A DNA stretch of 64,000 nt from Chiloscyllium plagiosum (taxonomy: Eukaryota). The DNA is taken from positions 76,904,685 to 76,968,684 of the forward strand of contig NC_057711.1 of assembly GCF_004010195.1 (NCBI RefSeq). Direction: 5' to 3'. Shown in pieces: positions 41,135 through 55,026 of this stretch. The first letter of the stretch is position 1. Every line of letters starts with the position of its first letter. Below the pieces are notes generated by a model, which was given only the letters and a program-made list of their open reading frames with translations, made no database searches and had not been told where the DNA came from. Both the position numbers and the translations under genes were made by a program.

Positions 41135-41580
41135 TGATTTGATTTGATTTATTGGTGCCATATGCATCTAGGTACATTGAAAAGATTTGTTTTGTATGCA
41201 GTACAGGCAGATAACATACAAGGACATACAGATCACAGAATGCTTAGACAGAGCCAGGCATATAAGGTTATGGGCACAACAGGTGCACAAAAGCAAGATC
41301 AACATTAGATTTGAAATTAGAGAGGTCCATTCAGCAGTCTAACAGCAGGGAAGAAGCTGTTCTCGAGCCTACTGGAACACGTGTTTAAGTTTCTGCCTGA
41401 TGGAATAGGTATTACCGGGATGGGAGGGGTCTTTGATGATTTTGGCAGCCTTTCCGTGGCAACGATAAGTATGGATGGAGTTCATGAATGGGAGGTTGGT
41501 TTGTGTGCTGGTCTAGGCTGTGTACACAACTTTGTGTAGTTTCTTATGGTCCTGGGCACAGCAGTTGCTATACCCAAGCC
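41135..41580 (-). mobile_element. Rex1/Babar-like LINE 3' fragment
   Basis: gggaagaagctgttctcgagcct...gggatgggaggggtctttgatgat resembles antisense Rex1 3' ends; tail (tttga)n. Confidence 0.5.
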
Positions 41581-42172
41581 TTTGGCTACCTCTCCAAATA
41601 CCACTTATAGAATTTCGAACTAAATATTGTCTGATAATAGCCCTATTTTATATTTTAGGATGTTTTACTACATTAAAATGTCCTGTGTAAATAAAAGCTG
41701 CCTTTAACAAACCAAGGCAGTGTCAAAGTTATTGCGCAATGAAGAAATATTTACAGTGAAATTTAACAGAACGGTATTCGGAATGTACATTAACTGAGAT
41801 GGTATAGGCCTAAGCTTATTTGCCAATGTTCAACAAATTGAAATCCAGGTACTATGTGCAATAAATGATTCAAGAATGTCCAACATTGATTTAATAAAAC
41901 ATAAAACATTCTTGCTTTAAAATCAACTTGTAAAAATATTTCAATGCAGACTGTAAAGGCGACTTATGGACTAAATGGACTGTCATTAAAGAAAATACAG
42001 TGATGTTGAACAATTCATTTTTACCACATCTGTCAGTTGTGAGCTTTGTAAGGCAACTTTCAGTACACTTTCATTGCAAACAAAATGATGAGTCATAATT
42101 ATTGTGACATTGATTCTCAGCGCATAACTTAACACTGCTATTTTCAGAATGAATTAATCAAACTCTTCCTAC

Positions 42173-42252
42173 CAGGTCTGCTGTCTTCAGCTAAGGGACT
42201 TAGCACACCCTCACCAAAGGGAATGTCCATTCCCACATCCTCTGGCACTGAT
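42173..42252 (-). CDS. PRUNE2: PRUNE2 internal coding exon (80 nt, phase 2 to 1): xSVPEDVGMDIPFGEGVLSPLAEDSRP
   Basis: Acceptor tttcacag and donor gtagga on the minus strand. The peptide matches my recollection of mammalian PRUNE2 LLSEDVGMDIPFEEGVLSPSAADMRP, and it joins the next exon in frame (G|CA). Confidence 0.9.
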
Positions 42253-42683
42253 CTGTGAAACATGAATATATCAAAGTAATTACTCTGTCACACTAATACA
42301 TTGGCACCTTGTTCTGTTCTCAAGTTTTGATTCCAGTAATATGCAGAACTGCTAAAAACAAGTTTGGCAACATGATTGACCAACACTTGTTCACATGTGC
42401 TTTAGATTTTAACAGTTAAAATTTCTGCCTATTCTAATCTATTCCAAATAATCTATTCCATCTATTTAAAATGTGTCATTAAAAAAATCATCAGGACAAT
42501 TCAAGATTAAATGTTGAACTGAATTTATATATGTCTTATCAGTTTACAGCTGGTTTACTTGAAGTCAGGATTCTTGAGCCAAGTTATAACTGCAATAACA
42601 TGTGTGTCTGTAATGTATAAATGCAAAATGAGGCTTGAAATAATGATCAAGATCACAGTCCATATCCTGCACAAATAGCTTGA

Positions 42684-44728
42684 AGTTGAATCTCAGCAAC
42701 AATATCTTTAGAAACCACCGGGAAAGAAAGGAAGATAAAGGTTGTAGCTACTAAATCAGATAAGGGGATGTTCTGAATTTTTAAAAAAATGAAAGTACTG
42801 CAGATGCTGTAAGTCAGAAACAAAAACTGAAATTGCTGGAAAAGCTCAGCATGTCTAGCAGCATCCGTGAAGAGAAATCAGAGTCAAGAGTGTGGTGGCA
42901 GAAAAGCACAGCAGGTCAGGCATTTTTGCCTAAAATGTCGATTTTCCTGCTCCTCGGATGCTGCCTGGCCTGCTGTGCTTTTCCAGCACCACACTCTTGA
43001 CTGATCTCCAGCATTTGCAGTCCTCACTTTTGCCCAAAGAGAAATCAGAGTTCTGAGGAAGGATCATCGGACCCAAAAGGTTAACTTTGATTTCTCTCCA
43101 CAGATGCTGCCAGACCTGTTGAGACTTTCCAGAAATATATCTGATTCTCCTTGGTTATAAAAAGACCACCTCACACACACTCACCTGCCTAACCATTCCA
43201 CTACAACCTCTCTGCCAGATACATGGTGCAATTAGAACTGCTACATGATATGATTCAGCCAAATGTTATGTTCGGAATAATGACTGAAGGGAAATGAAAG
43301 CTTTTATGTACAGTTTCTGCTTGGAATTATGAAACATTTATTTAAAAGGAAAGTAAACAAATGGCAGCACTAAAGAAAACAAGTGATAACAGGATGCTCT
43401 AAGGCAATTAAAAACTTTTGCCTTAACCACCGAATGGCTGTTCCCTTGTGAAATTACTGCAGTGTTTGATTCGGATCTCGAAATGAAATTCGGTATCAAA
43501 AGCTTTTTAATTAACCGTCAGGTCCTGGAAAGAAAGCATGTCTAATTCAAGACTAACGAACCAGTTTAAATACAACCTTACAGTAACATCTCAGCCTCAG
43601 GTACAGAATGATTCTGTGCTTAAGATAAAAAGCAGGAGTCTGCTCCTAGCTTAAAAAAAAATATTTTAAACTTAACCTTGAAAAGATTCTGACACAATCT
43701 GTCAGGAAGCCATTTTATGGTCAAAAGTTTGCCCTCCTTGCTAAGGAACCATTTTGTGAAACAATGGTATCTGACATGTGAGCTGTGCAAGGTTACCTTA
43801 TGAACCCCTCCAATTAGTTCTTTATGATAGGAACTTATCTCACCAGCAGACGCCTAACTCAGCTGGATTTATTTTTCCCCACTTGATGAATGGCTCAGGG
43901 CCTGTAGCAGTGATCAGTCAAGTGCATACAGACCTATCAATTAACTTCTTTTTCTTACAAATTATTGTCTTTAACTGTTATCCGTCTAATTAAAAACATA
44001 CAGTGTTTAGTATAAAGGAAGCCACTTTGAGACAGTACAGTAGAGTAGCTGCTAGGGCTCTTGAAGAGCTGATATCCTACTCTCCTGGGTTACTAGAACC
44101 TAGTTAGTTTGGCTTATAGCTAACAATATTATGTTCACAGGTTGAGTCCACAAAAGATTCCCTGGGCTGTCTCAAATCTGTACTTTAACAGTTGAATCTC
44201 AGCAACAATAGCTTTAGAGACCATTGGGAAAGAAGGGAAGATGGAGGGTGTAGCTACTAAATCAGATAGGGAGATGTTCTGAATAAAAAATGAAAGAACT
44301 GCAGATGCTGTAAACCAGAAACGAAAACAGAAATTGCTGGAAAAACTCAGCAAGTCTAGCAGTATCTGTGAAGGGAAATCAGAGTGGTGTTCAAGGAAGG
44401 ATCACTGGACCCAAAAGGTTAACTTTGATTTCTCTGCACAGATGCTGCCAGACCTGTTGAGTTTTTCCAGAAATATATCTGATTCTCCTTGGTTATAAAG
44501 AGATCACCTCACACACACTCACCTGCCCAACCATTCCACCACAACCTCTCTGCTAGTTACAAGGCGCATGTATAAATTAGAACTGCTACATGATATAATT
44601 CAGTCAATTGTTATGTTCGGAATAATGACGGAAGGGAAATGAAAGCTTTTATGAACAGTTTCTGCTTGGAATTATGAAACATATATTTCAAAAGAAAGTT
44701 AAAAAAAGGCAACACTAAAGAAAATAAA
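42684..44728 (+). repeat. Local direct duplication: 42684-43382 and 44190-44728
   Basis: Colinear similarity from agttgaatctcagcaacaata to cactaaagaaaa, including non-repeat flanks. Confidence 0.92.
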
Positions 44729-44779
44729 CTTGCATTTACATCACATAGGTGACACCTAGTCAGCTCAATTTTGTGTAAA

Positions 44780-45295
44780 CTTCAGTCACCCAAAACACTT
44801 TCCCTGTTCCCTAACACACTCCAAGTCTCATCATCTATTATTCCTATGCAGCATCCTATGCTATATACGCATTTATAACCAGGCACTAAAATCATGATTT
44901 CAAGCATGCAAGCTGTAAACTGATATTCGCATATAAATTCAGTTCACCCCCTGGCTCCTGGCTAAACAATGCCTCATCGTAAATTTCTGATGCTAATTTT
45001 CAAACCTCCCCACACCTTTGCCTCTCCCTATCTCTGGCATCTTCTCCAGCCGAAAAACTTTCCAAGATGTTTTTGGCCTTTGAATTCTAGGCATTAGAAA
45101 ATCCCCATTTCTACCAAATTCTCTCTGCCTATTTCTCTTCCATTAAGACAGTCTTTAAAATTTACTTCTGACTAACGTTTGGTCATTTGCCTTAATATCA
45201 TCTTATTTGATGTAGTGAATAATGACAATGCTTTTTGTGAAGTGGTTTGGTATATTCTGTTACGTTTAAGGTGCTATTTACATGAGCAAGTTATT
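44780..45295 (+). mobile_element. L2 LINE 3' fragment, old
   Basis: ttcacccc...cctctccctatctctg...tttggtcatttgccttaat...ggtgctatttacatgagcaagttattgt. Confidence 0.5.
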
Positions 45296-46177
45296 GTTTT
45301 TAAATTACCATTATTTACCGAATGCAGCAACCAATTTTTGCACAATTCCACTAATATACTGAGACAAATAGACGTTTCATCTATTTGACTCTGATCGGCA
45401 TGGGTGCATTGGACTGGAGGGTCTGTTTCCATGCTGCATATCTCAATGGCTCTATGACAGCGTGCAGTCCCAATCCTTTTCTTTCCATCTTTCACATAAG
45501 GTGCTCTGTTTAATTTTTGTCAGAATAAGCATCTCAAATTGCAGCCCAGAAGGGTTAAGGCTCATGTGTTTGTTAATTGATCAGTTTAAGTTCTGTATAA
45601 TGGCAAAGCAGGAAGGCGAAGCTTGAGTGTTCCAACTGGAGCTTAATTCAGGCAAGGACAGGAAAATGGCGAGGTTCTGGTCCAACACTATTCTGCCTTA
45701 TTAAGTATGCTCCCTTTCTCCAGAGTCCAGAGGATTTTGTCATTCATTTTGCAAGTTCCATGATTGATTAATAAACTGTGTAGATCACCTGAAGAGAATG
45801 TGGGTGATCTCCTCTAACCAGCAGTTTGCTCTTTGCAGCAACAAATAATTCTGTATATTTTGATGATGCTGACTGCAAATGTTCAGTTGTCATCAGTCTA
45901 AGTCTTAAGGAACATTGGGGGCGGGGGGGGGGGGGAGAATTAGCACAGTCCTCTGGGAAATAGGTGATGTCACACTTTTGTCTCCTACATCCTGGCCCAT
46001 TTCATGTTTTCATGTATATCCCGATCATTCACGATTAACGTAGTTCCTCACAGGCTATTCACATTGGTTACCCAGTTGGGTAGGCTGACTGTGCTTACCT
46101 TGCCTAGATCAGATAATTATAACCCACAAGAATGAAAGATAATTGTAACCCACAAGTTATTTATTAACTCATAACAA

Positions 46178-46178
<1 letters not shown>

Positions 46179-46211
<33 letters not shown>
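46179..46211 (+). repeat. (GA)n microsatellite
   Basis: Perfect dinucleotide run. Confidence 0.95.
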
Positions 46212-46214
<3 letters not shown>

Positions 46215-46469
46215 CCTATTAGGAAACTTCCTCAACCAATCAACATTTTTAATTTTTCAGCTATTTGCTATACTTCTTATTTAAATAAAAAAATCATGAA
46301 ATGTAGGCATCACTGGCTAGGCTAGCACTTATTGCCAAATTGCCCAGAGATCAGTTAAGAGTCAACGACATTGCTGTGGGTCTAGAGTAACATGCAGACC
46401 TAACTAGGTAAGGGTGGAACATCTCCTCCCCAAGAGGATATTAGTGGACAAGGCAAAAAAAAAGGTTAC

Positions 46470-47800
46470 TTTAGGCCAAATAGCCTAACACTCATTCTTG
46501 TAAAATTTTGGAATTGGTTGTTAAATAAGTAATAGCTGAATATTTAGAAACATATAATCTAATTAAGTAGAGTCAGCATGGTTTCATGAAAGGGAAATTG
46601 TGTCTAATATGTCAGAGTTTTTTGAGGAAGTCACAACCAGAGTGGATACAGAGGAACCAGTAAACCTGTTGTATTTGGACTTCCAGAAGGCATTTGACAA
46701 GGTATCTCACAAAAGGTTAAATCATAAGACTCAATTGATGTTGGAGGTAGGATATTGGCATGGATTGGGGATTAACTCATGGGCAGGAAACAATGAGTGG
46801 TAATCAGGGATTTTTTTGTCGGTTGGTGACCTGGAACCAGTGGGGTTCTAAGGCAACCACTACTGATTAACACATATATGAACAACTTTGAAGGAAACAA
46901 ACTAATGTACTGCAGCCTAATTTGCAGACAACACAAAAATAGGTGGAAATGAAAGTTGCAAGAGGGATGCAAACAGCTTACAAAGAGATATTGATAGGGT
47001 AAGTGGGTAAAAAAGTGTCAAAAGGAGTATAATATGGGAACATGTCAAGTTGTTCATTTTGGAATGAAAAACAAAAGTAGAGTATTATTTAAAAGGGAAA
47101 AAAAAACTGCAGAAAGTTATAACACAAAAGGACTTGAAGGTACTTTGCATGAAACCCAGAAAGCTAGCACATAGAAACAGCAGGTAATCAGGAAGGCTAA
47201 TGGAACTTTAACCCTTATTTCAAAGGAGGTTGAAGTACAAGAGTAGGGAAGTCTTAGTGCAACTCTACAAGGTGCTAGTGAGACCATATCTGGAGTACTC
47301 TGAGCAGTTTCGGTTCCCGTATTTAAAGAAAGATGTTACTTCATTGGAGGCAGTTATCCCTGGTATGGAGGGATTGTCTTAGAAAGTAAACATGGTGGGA
47401 CAGTTCTCATTGGAATTTAGAGATTTGGATTGAGAGGTGATCGCATTGAGACATCTTGGATTCTTAAGGGGCTTGAGAGGATGGTTCCTCTCATGGCAAG
47501 GTTTAGGACCAAAGGTTATATAGCCTCAGTATAAAGGGTGTCAATTTAAGACTGATTCAAGAAAACATTTCTTCTCTCAAAGGATTGAGTGTCTTTGGAA
47601 CTCCTTGCCATAGAGAGCTTTGGGAGCAGAATCCTTGTGTATATTTAAGGCTCAGATTAGTATCAGAATCAGGGGCCATGGGGAAAACACAGGAAAATAG
47701 ATGTGAGAAATGTCAGAGCAGCAATAATCTTATTGAATGGGAAACAGGCTCAAGGGAGTGAAGGTTTACTCCCGTTCCTATTTCTTATAGTCTTATGGAT
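46470..47800 (+). mobile_element. Old CR1 RT/3' fragment
   Basis: EFFEEVTTRVD...YLDFQKAFDKVSH; tail ttcctatttcttatagtcttatgg. Confidence 0.85.
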
Positions 47801-48150
47801 TTTTATGAAAAATTGACAATAGTTATTTGGTTTTATTCCAGGATTTAAAAAAAAAATCAAATTCAGATTTCGCCACCTACCATGACGACAATTAAACCCA
47901 TATTTCCCAAAATATTAACATTAATGCCACTGCAGTGGCATTACCACTATGCACTGCATCTCCTTAAGGTGAGGAGAATTGCAACAGAATTTTGTAGTAA
48001 TATCAAACGCTATTGTTTTGACAAAAGCTTAAAAAGTTGCAAGAATCTTGGCCTATTCGGTTTCCAATTTGAGCAAAGACTCTGAAACACACTCTTTCTG
48101 GTTTGGCCCTAGGCATAGTGACGTGATCATCAGTGGGCTAGTTAGAAATA

Positions 48151-49239
48151 CAGGTAGTTCTCATATAAAGTGTGTTTTGGCAGTGCGATTTGACTATAAT
48201 GTCGCTGAAGCATTTGGGAATAGTATTTTCGAGAATGCTTACCTCAGTTTGCAATAGTGAGATTCCAGTGGTGAATGCTTCACATGCTTGGTTCCGCGCA
48301 TGCGCCAATGTCAGCTGCTGTCACAGCATGAGAGGTACAATACTATACATTGAGCAGCTTCATCTCAAAAATTAAACTTATGAATGCTTCTGAGACAAGA
48401 ATATTCTTGTATAATTCCTGTATAGGCCCTGTATAATTCTGGCAGGACTGCATTATTCTTATACATACTATTTGTCTTTCTAATTTGTCCTTGTATCTGC
48501 ATATCACTCAATCTACTCCGACATTTGCAAAAATGGAAGGACATAATGACAAGAATGGTGGCAAGAAGCGTCTTGGTGATAAAATTGCAGGTGGTGAAAC
48601 AAAAGAAAGGCTATAACACTGGAAGGGAAGCTAAATGTTGTTGAGCGTTTTTAGCATAAGGAGAGAACACGTAATATAGCTCGCTTAACAGGAATCACGG
48701 AATCTACCGTACGCACCATTAGGGGCAATGCCGAAAAGTTTAAAGCAAGCTGTATTACTGGAACAAGTCCGAGTACTAGCAAATCTGGGAGGTCACAGCC
48801 AAAGGAGCTTGAGGAGATGGAGAGGCTTCTACGTGTTTGATAGAAGATCAAACAAAAAAAGCCACCTGGGACAACCTTTCTCACCATAGAAGAGAAAGCT
48901 TTATCCATTTAAGATGATCTAAACCAACCCCCAAGAAACACAGTCACAAGACAATCAACCACAGCTGGAAACGAAGGTGGTGGTGATGATGTCCCTGCAT
49001 TAACAATACTTTTTCCAAAATAATGTGTTAAATTTACTTCTGTTTTGTTAATAAGTATGATTTAAAGTTTCATTCAGGCTGTGCTAAACTTTGTGTTATG
49101 CGTTTGGGTGATCTTTGAGCAATTGTCAGTGATAGTTGTTGTTGGTCTGCCCCTAACCTACTTTTCCCATAGGCCCCATTATTTCTATGATGCAAAGTTT
49201 CGCCGGAATGCAACCACTGTGTGATAGGAGAACGATCTG
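48151..49239 (+). mobile_element. Tigger/pogo-like DNA transposon, internally deleted
   Basis: Degenerate TIRs CAGGTAGTTCTCATATAA vs reverse complement CAGATCGTTCTCCTATCA; TA before the left end. Pseudo-ORF from about 48601, KRKAITLEGKLNVVERF*HKERTRNIARLTGITESTVRTIRGN...ELEEMERLLRV, is a CENP-B-type HTH. Confidence 0.8.
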
Positions 49240-51224
49240 TCGGTCAACTGGCAATCTGGGAAAGAAAATAGCTCATCTCATTTTAATCTTACACAGTAGG
49301 TTGGACTGAGAGAGGATAACTTTTTTTTGGGTGAGATTGCAACAAAAATTTGCTACATTCAATTCTTCTTTAGTTATTTACACTAACTTATTCAAAGTGT
49401 GGTTTTTGCAAATGTTGTAGGTTTCAGTGTTTTCTCAGTTTGCTATCTTAATAAAGAACAAGTAAAATATTTCAGAAATGTTTTTGCAGAATTCAGTTTG
49501 TTGAGGATAATTGGAGCATTCTTAATTATTGGTCAGTAAATTTGCTGCTGTTTCTTACAGTTTTTTTAGGAAATCAATCATGGTGCATTATGTTTGTGCA
49601 GTGAGCAGAAGTCATTTGAACAATTGGTTGTCAAGGTACTGAAGTAACTTAGTGTCCACAGAACAAATTCTAGGAGATAGTAACAGAGTGGGACAAGCTG
49701 GCTGTTAGCTGTTCAAATAATACATATGTCTAGCCCTGGTTGTAAGACAGTGAGATTGATAAAAGTTCTTTGGTGGTAAACGACTTCAGTCCCACAATCC
49801 CTAAAGCCCAAAATGAGAACACAAATCCTATTTTCTTTCATCATTCGTTCTAAAAGTAAAGAAATTAATTACAGTACTGATGCGGCCCACAAGAGATATG
49901 AAGGATAGCAACTCTCCTCAAATTCAATTTAACATAATTAATGGGTACACATTCTATCTGATTAGTATGACACTCCTAAACATATCATTTGAGATTGGGA
50001 TGAAGGTGAGAATAATGGTAATATGTCAAAAGCAGCAGTATTGCCATGCTAACTTTGAGAGAACCTGAATGGTGCTCAAACTATGCTACCTGGGTTAATA
50101 GTATTTCCAGTCAAAGAACTGTGCAATGAGAGCCTTTTTACACAAAGGCTCAGTTCTCTGTTGATACCAATTCCTTTAAAAGCACACTGTATTAATATCC
50201 AACAGCAAAATTCAGGACAGTTACCTTAAGGTAGCAAGTAACAAGCATACTCTTACCAAAACTTGGAACCTACTTTAAGCTAGCAAAAAATGAGGCCTAA
50301 ATATAAAACATCATTTTTGATAATTAAAAGTAACGTAACACTTCAAGGAACTCCATCCATCTCAACGATAATCTATGCATTCCTCACTTGAGTATAAGTG
50401 GTTTTCACGTTTTATGAAAATACAATTTGATAGTGATTCTGAATAAGAACCAAAACTTTATAAATGACAGCCTGTGACATTAGCTTATGAATATTTAACA
50501 TCTAAATGGTTGCAACCTGATGATAAAAATGTTACATGTATAAGAAGAGTTAAAGAACCTATTGAACGAATTATACAATGGACAAGATTTGATCTGTTTG
50601 AGTTGGACCACAAAACTGGGGTTAAATCTAGAACCCAACATCAGTGTCTCTGCGATAGTCATCCGACATCGATTTTGCTTGAACTAAGCAATTATTAGCA
50701 AAAGAGTGCTTCCAAATATGGACAGCAGGTGGCCTCTTGAAGCAGGAGGACTAAAAGTAGGATTTCCAATAGAGGAGGAGTGACAGCCAATCAATGCAGG
50801 TAGGAAATGAGAGAATATGTCCATCCTGAGACGCACCTTCAGCACTTTAAAAGTACAAAAATGACCAGAGTTAGCAAACCATCATTGAGGAGTGGGAATC
50901 AGTCCTCAGGGCAGCCTGTAGCTAAGGCTGTGACCAGGGAGGTAGGGAAAAACCTCACAGTCAACTTGAAGTACTGGCACCTCAGTCTGCCACTGGTAGG
51001 CTCCTGAAGGCAGCTGTCCTGCTCCTGATGCCATGAAAGTAGGAGAGCGCAGGCCAACTAGAAAATTTCAGTTGACTGCTGATCAATGGCCTTACTTAAC
51101 CTTGAAATGATTTCCGCTGGTTATCCTTTGCTTGCGGGAGGGTAGACATTGCATTTGTGCTCCAACTTCAGAAAAATAGTCTGGTGGTGTGATGGTGCCA
51201 GTAAACTGGGAATCTTTTGCCATA

Positions 51225-51583
51225 TTCACTTGTGGAATGTGGGCATCGCTGGCTGGCCAGCATTTATTGCCCATCCCTAACTGCCCTTGAACTGTGTGGC
51301 TTGCTAGGCCATTTCATAGGGCAATTGAGAGTCAACCATGTTGCTGTGGGCCTGGAGTCACATTTAGGCCAGAGCAGGTGAGGATGACAGACTTCCTTCC
51401 TTGCAGTCAGCCAGATGGGTTTTTCTGACAACCTGTAATGGTTTCATGGTCATCAGTAAACTCTTAATTCCAGATCTTTCTTTTGACCAAATTCCACCAT
51501 CTGCTGTGTTGAAAATTGAAGTCAGGTCTCCAGAACATCAGCTAAATTTCTGGATAAACACCACTAGGCCATCGCCTCCCCTA
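51225..51583 (-). mobile_element. tRNA-headed SINE with a LINE-derived tail (also about 12510-12745 and 46295-46450)
   Basis: The reverse complement starts ggggaggcgatggcctagtggt and ends gggcagttagggatgggcaataaatgctggccagccagcgatgcccacattcc, matching the LINE tail at 40770-40830. Confidence 0.7.
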
Positions 51584-54500
51584 GGCCAGCAACATGAAAA
51601 TAAGATGCCGAACAGCATAGCTCGGCCAATATACCTGGATCAAGATCCTGCCCCAGTTTAATAATACTGCAAACAGAAATCAGTTTGCTATAATTTTCTT
51701 AATGACTGCAATATTTCTGCAGGCTTTTATATAAAAATATACAGATATAAAGCTTAAATACAGTGTAAATATAGATTTCAATACATTTCAATGTTCTTGC
51801 TTCAGAAATATCTCAGAACTTCTGCACATAATTTTGCACTTCTTTCCCGGCCAGGGCATCATCACCTTCTTGCTTCTTTTCTCATGTTAACTGTCAGTCT
51901 TATACTGCATTCACAATTAGAATCTGATTTTGAAGTCACACTAGATGTTAGCTAGCATATTAATATATATTACAGGTTAGAATCATACTCATGCCTATTA
52001 TAGCACATAGGATATAAATAGAAGTAGCTCAGTAAATGTCAATCTTATTCTAAGCCTGAACAAAATTTTAAAATGAAATACGACTAAGCATTTTGTACTC
52101 GTTATAAATTCTGTTTAGTGTCGCTGAACATTTAATTTTTTAAAAAAAAGTCAACACATTTAAAATTCTTTCATCAATTCTTAGTCTGAGTAAAAAATTC
52201 AACATGATTTAGAGAAAATGTTAGTTCATTTGTTAACAGGAGTTCAATTCTTATTAGCAATATTTTGCTTTAATTAGAAGAATAAAACCATTCATTCTTT
52301 TTAGATTATTTATCTACAAAAACAAAACAGCAAACTCTGCAGGATAATGAACCTTCAGCCTTCCACTATCAGAAGAAACTTTTTTTGTGAAAATATTTGT
52401 TTCAAGGCAACCCACCAGTATTAACTTATACCACCTTACTACAATGATTTGGCTTCTTCTGGATACAACTTATACAAAGGTTTTAATATATCTTATGTAC
52501 TTCTGTCTGGTTCCTCTAATTGCCTCTTTGCATGACTAAAGAACAGTTTTGCACCTTTCCTCATAACTCAGTCTTCAGCTCCAAGTCACATTTCTCTACT
52601 TTGCCTCTGTAATTCCATTTTTTCTTAATGTCTTGGGAACTGAAACTTAATTACAGGCACAAATCTAATCAAATCACTGCAGATTTCTGGCAGTCCCATG
52701 TCTATTTTAGCAATGTACACTATTGTTACACCTTTCACTAGACAAAATGATGACCGTTTCCATGTCAAAAAACGTAATGAGAAGGTTGTACTGTTTACTT
52801 AGGTTAGTTCATTTTCATTAAATTTATTTCCATTTGGTTAAGATAGTATTTTTATATCAATGTTAAAATTGGTTTGTGTTGCCATGAGGCTTGCCGGGGT
52901 TTTATGCTGTACATTGGAGAAATGGTTATTCTAGTCTTTTCTGTTAGGTTGCGGCCTATAATTGTTTCTCCTTACACATGAGCAACAGCTGTCTGGCTCT
53001 GATAAGTTTCTGCAAACTCTTATTTACACTACTGAACATAATACTGTCCTGTTACTCTATTAGTACATTTGTCACTAGTACAGACTGTTCCATGCTTTGT
53101 TCAGAGTCTCTGGCACAGTTATATCATGATATAAATTACCTTATCGCCGTATGCATTTACAAAAGATACGGTAGTCAAAATGTTGAAAACGATGTACTCA
53201 TGTGGACTTTACCTTTGATTTTAGAAAAACTAGCACCTGAAATTTATAGTAAATAATACTGCATCAAAGGTGCATGGAAAATTTGTAAAATAACTTTATC
53301 CAAAGTTCCGACAACTTTTGGCAGATTGGTTTGGTAATCATTTATCATGAAAATGCAATGTCCTAGCATTGAGATATTCTTCTTCCATATGACTGTCAAC
53401 TGAAAAGCCCCAGTGTTTGGCTGGTCTATAGATACTTCAATCAACTTATTCAAATGTATTATGACACACCTTTAGAACAAGTGCAACTTGATGCCAGGCC
53501 ATGTGCTTCAAAAGGTAGGGGCTCTACTAGAGCCCAACACTGAAAGATCGAGGGCCATTTTAACTCTATAAGTGGTCAGAGCCAGGATGGGGCCAGTGTA
53601 CAAAACAGTTCTCATTCTTTACTTCAGAGCTGGAGTGTTTTAAACTCGCTGATCTCTTCTGAATGTCATTGGTTAATTAGCCAGCCACAAAAGGTGGCAA
53701 GAGTTTAGGTATCTGTGAATGCCAAGCCAGGAAATGTACGTACCCAGTTTTATTCATCATTCACCAAAAGCATAATTCTTTTAAAAAATCCACTCTTTCT
53801 TATTCATCTTTTACAGATTTTTAAAGCACATACCTGGTAGAAGCTCAGTTTATGCACATTTTGATGTGACAGCTGTTTAAACTGGAGAGCTAAAATACTT
53901 TTCATGATATTAAAACATCAAGATTGATCTTTGTCATTTAAAAAAAAAACAAAAGTGTCATTTTATGATAACCTACTGATGATCCATATTAATTACTTCT
54001 GTTTTACAGCTCCACTTCTTGAGCCTGGATATCAGAATTGTGATAGCTGCAGGCAAATATTTAGGCCTCATTATGTCATTTTTAATACTGACCTCAACGT
54101 GATGATTTTAACTGGGCAAAATGACAGATGAAGGAAAGGCAAACATAATAAAAGGCCTAAGTGTTGGTCTGCTGATATTGGCAATATTAATTTCTACAAA
54201 ATTGATTAAAAATAAAACTGCCATTGAGTCTTACAACTTCAATCAGAAATGGCTTATTGACTTCACCTTGACCTAATTTTCCTGTGTTTTTGGTTTTCAA
54301 CTCCAGAAGTGCAAATGAGTATACCATTAACTAAATGTTATCATAAAGTGGGCATCATATACCACTCACTTAGGCAAACAGTGAAAACTAGAAAATATAG
54401 ACAAGTATATCATTCAGTACTCCTAGATCTGCACTATAATCTCTGCTGTCACATAGCTGAGTGTGCGATTTGCTTATTGATCTCCACAGTACTAGCTGTA

Positions 54501-55012
54501 ACGAAACACGTGAAATCAATGTTTCAGTGACCTTCCCTTTCTTCTTGGTAGGGGTGCGGTTTCTATATGTTCACACTGCCAGAACTCATAACATCAGAAA
54601 TTGTGTTCAGTGTTTCACCACAGATTAGAAAACCAAATTTTGTTTTTGAAAATTACTTCACTGTGGACTCTGGACCATGATCAACCAGACACATGAACAT
54701 GACCTACAGAGATAATGCAGTCTAATCGTCTTCAATACAAGCACCACAAACAAGGAAAAAGTGTAAGCTCTGCCTCCGTTCTGAAATTTAGAATTCTTTG
54801 GTTGAAAACTGAAATCCATTAATGTGGTTATCAATATTAACTGCATAATTGAACATATAAAAACATATGTAGCAACATATAAAGTTTAGTTATTGAAGTA
54901 TATTTCTCACGTAATAACTATGCTCATAAAGGTACTTACCCCTCCAAGTACTTTCAGTTCTAAAGAGAAATGTTGATCCGTGCCAAACGTCGTTGTTAAT
55001 CATGCAAATATA

Positions 55013-55026
55013 CTTCCCATGGCAAC
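55013..55026. promoter_or_regulatory. Candidate RFX X-box
   Basis: Minus strand GTTGCCATGGGAAG vs consensus GTTNCCATGGNAAC (one mismatch), located in a repeat-poor region. Confidence 0.4.

Noticed and set aside
50257..50279. Possible 23-nt minus-strand microexon (ag...gtaaga)
   Set aside because: Not frame-preserving and has no other support; such motif pairs arise by chance.
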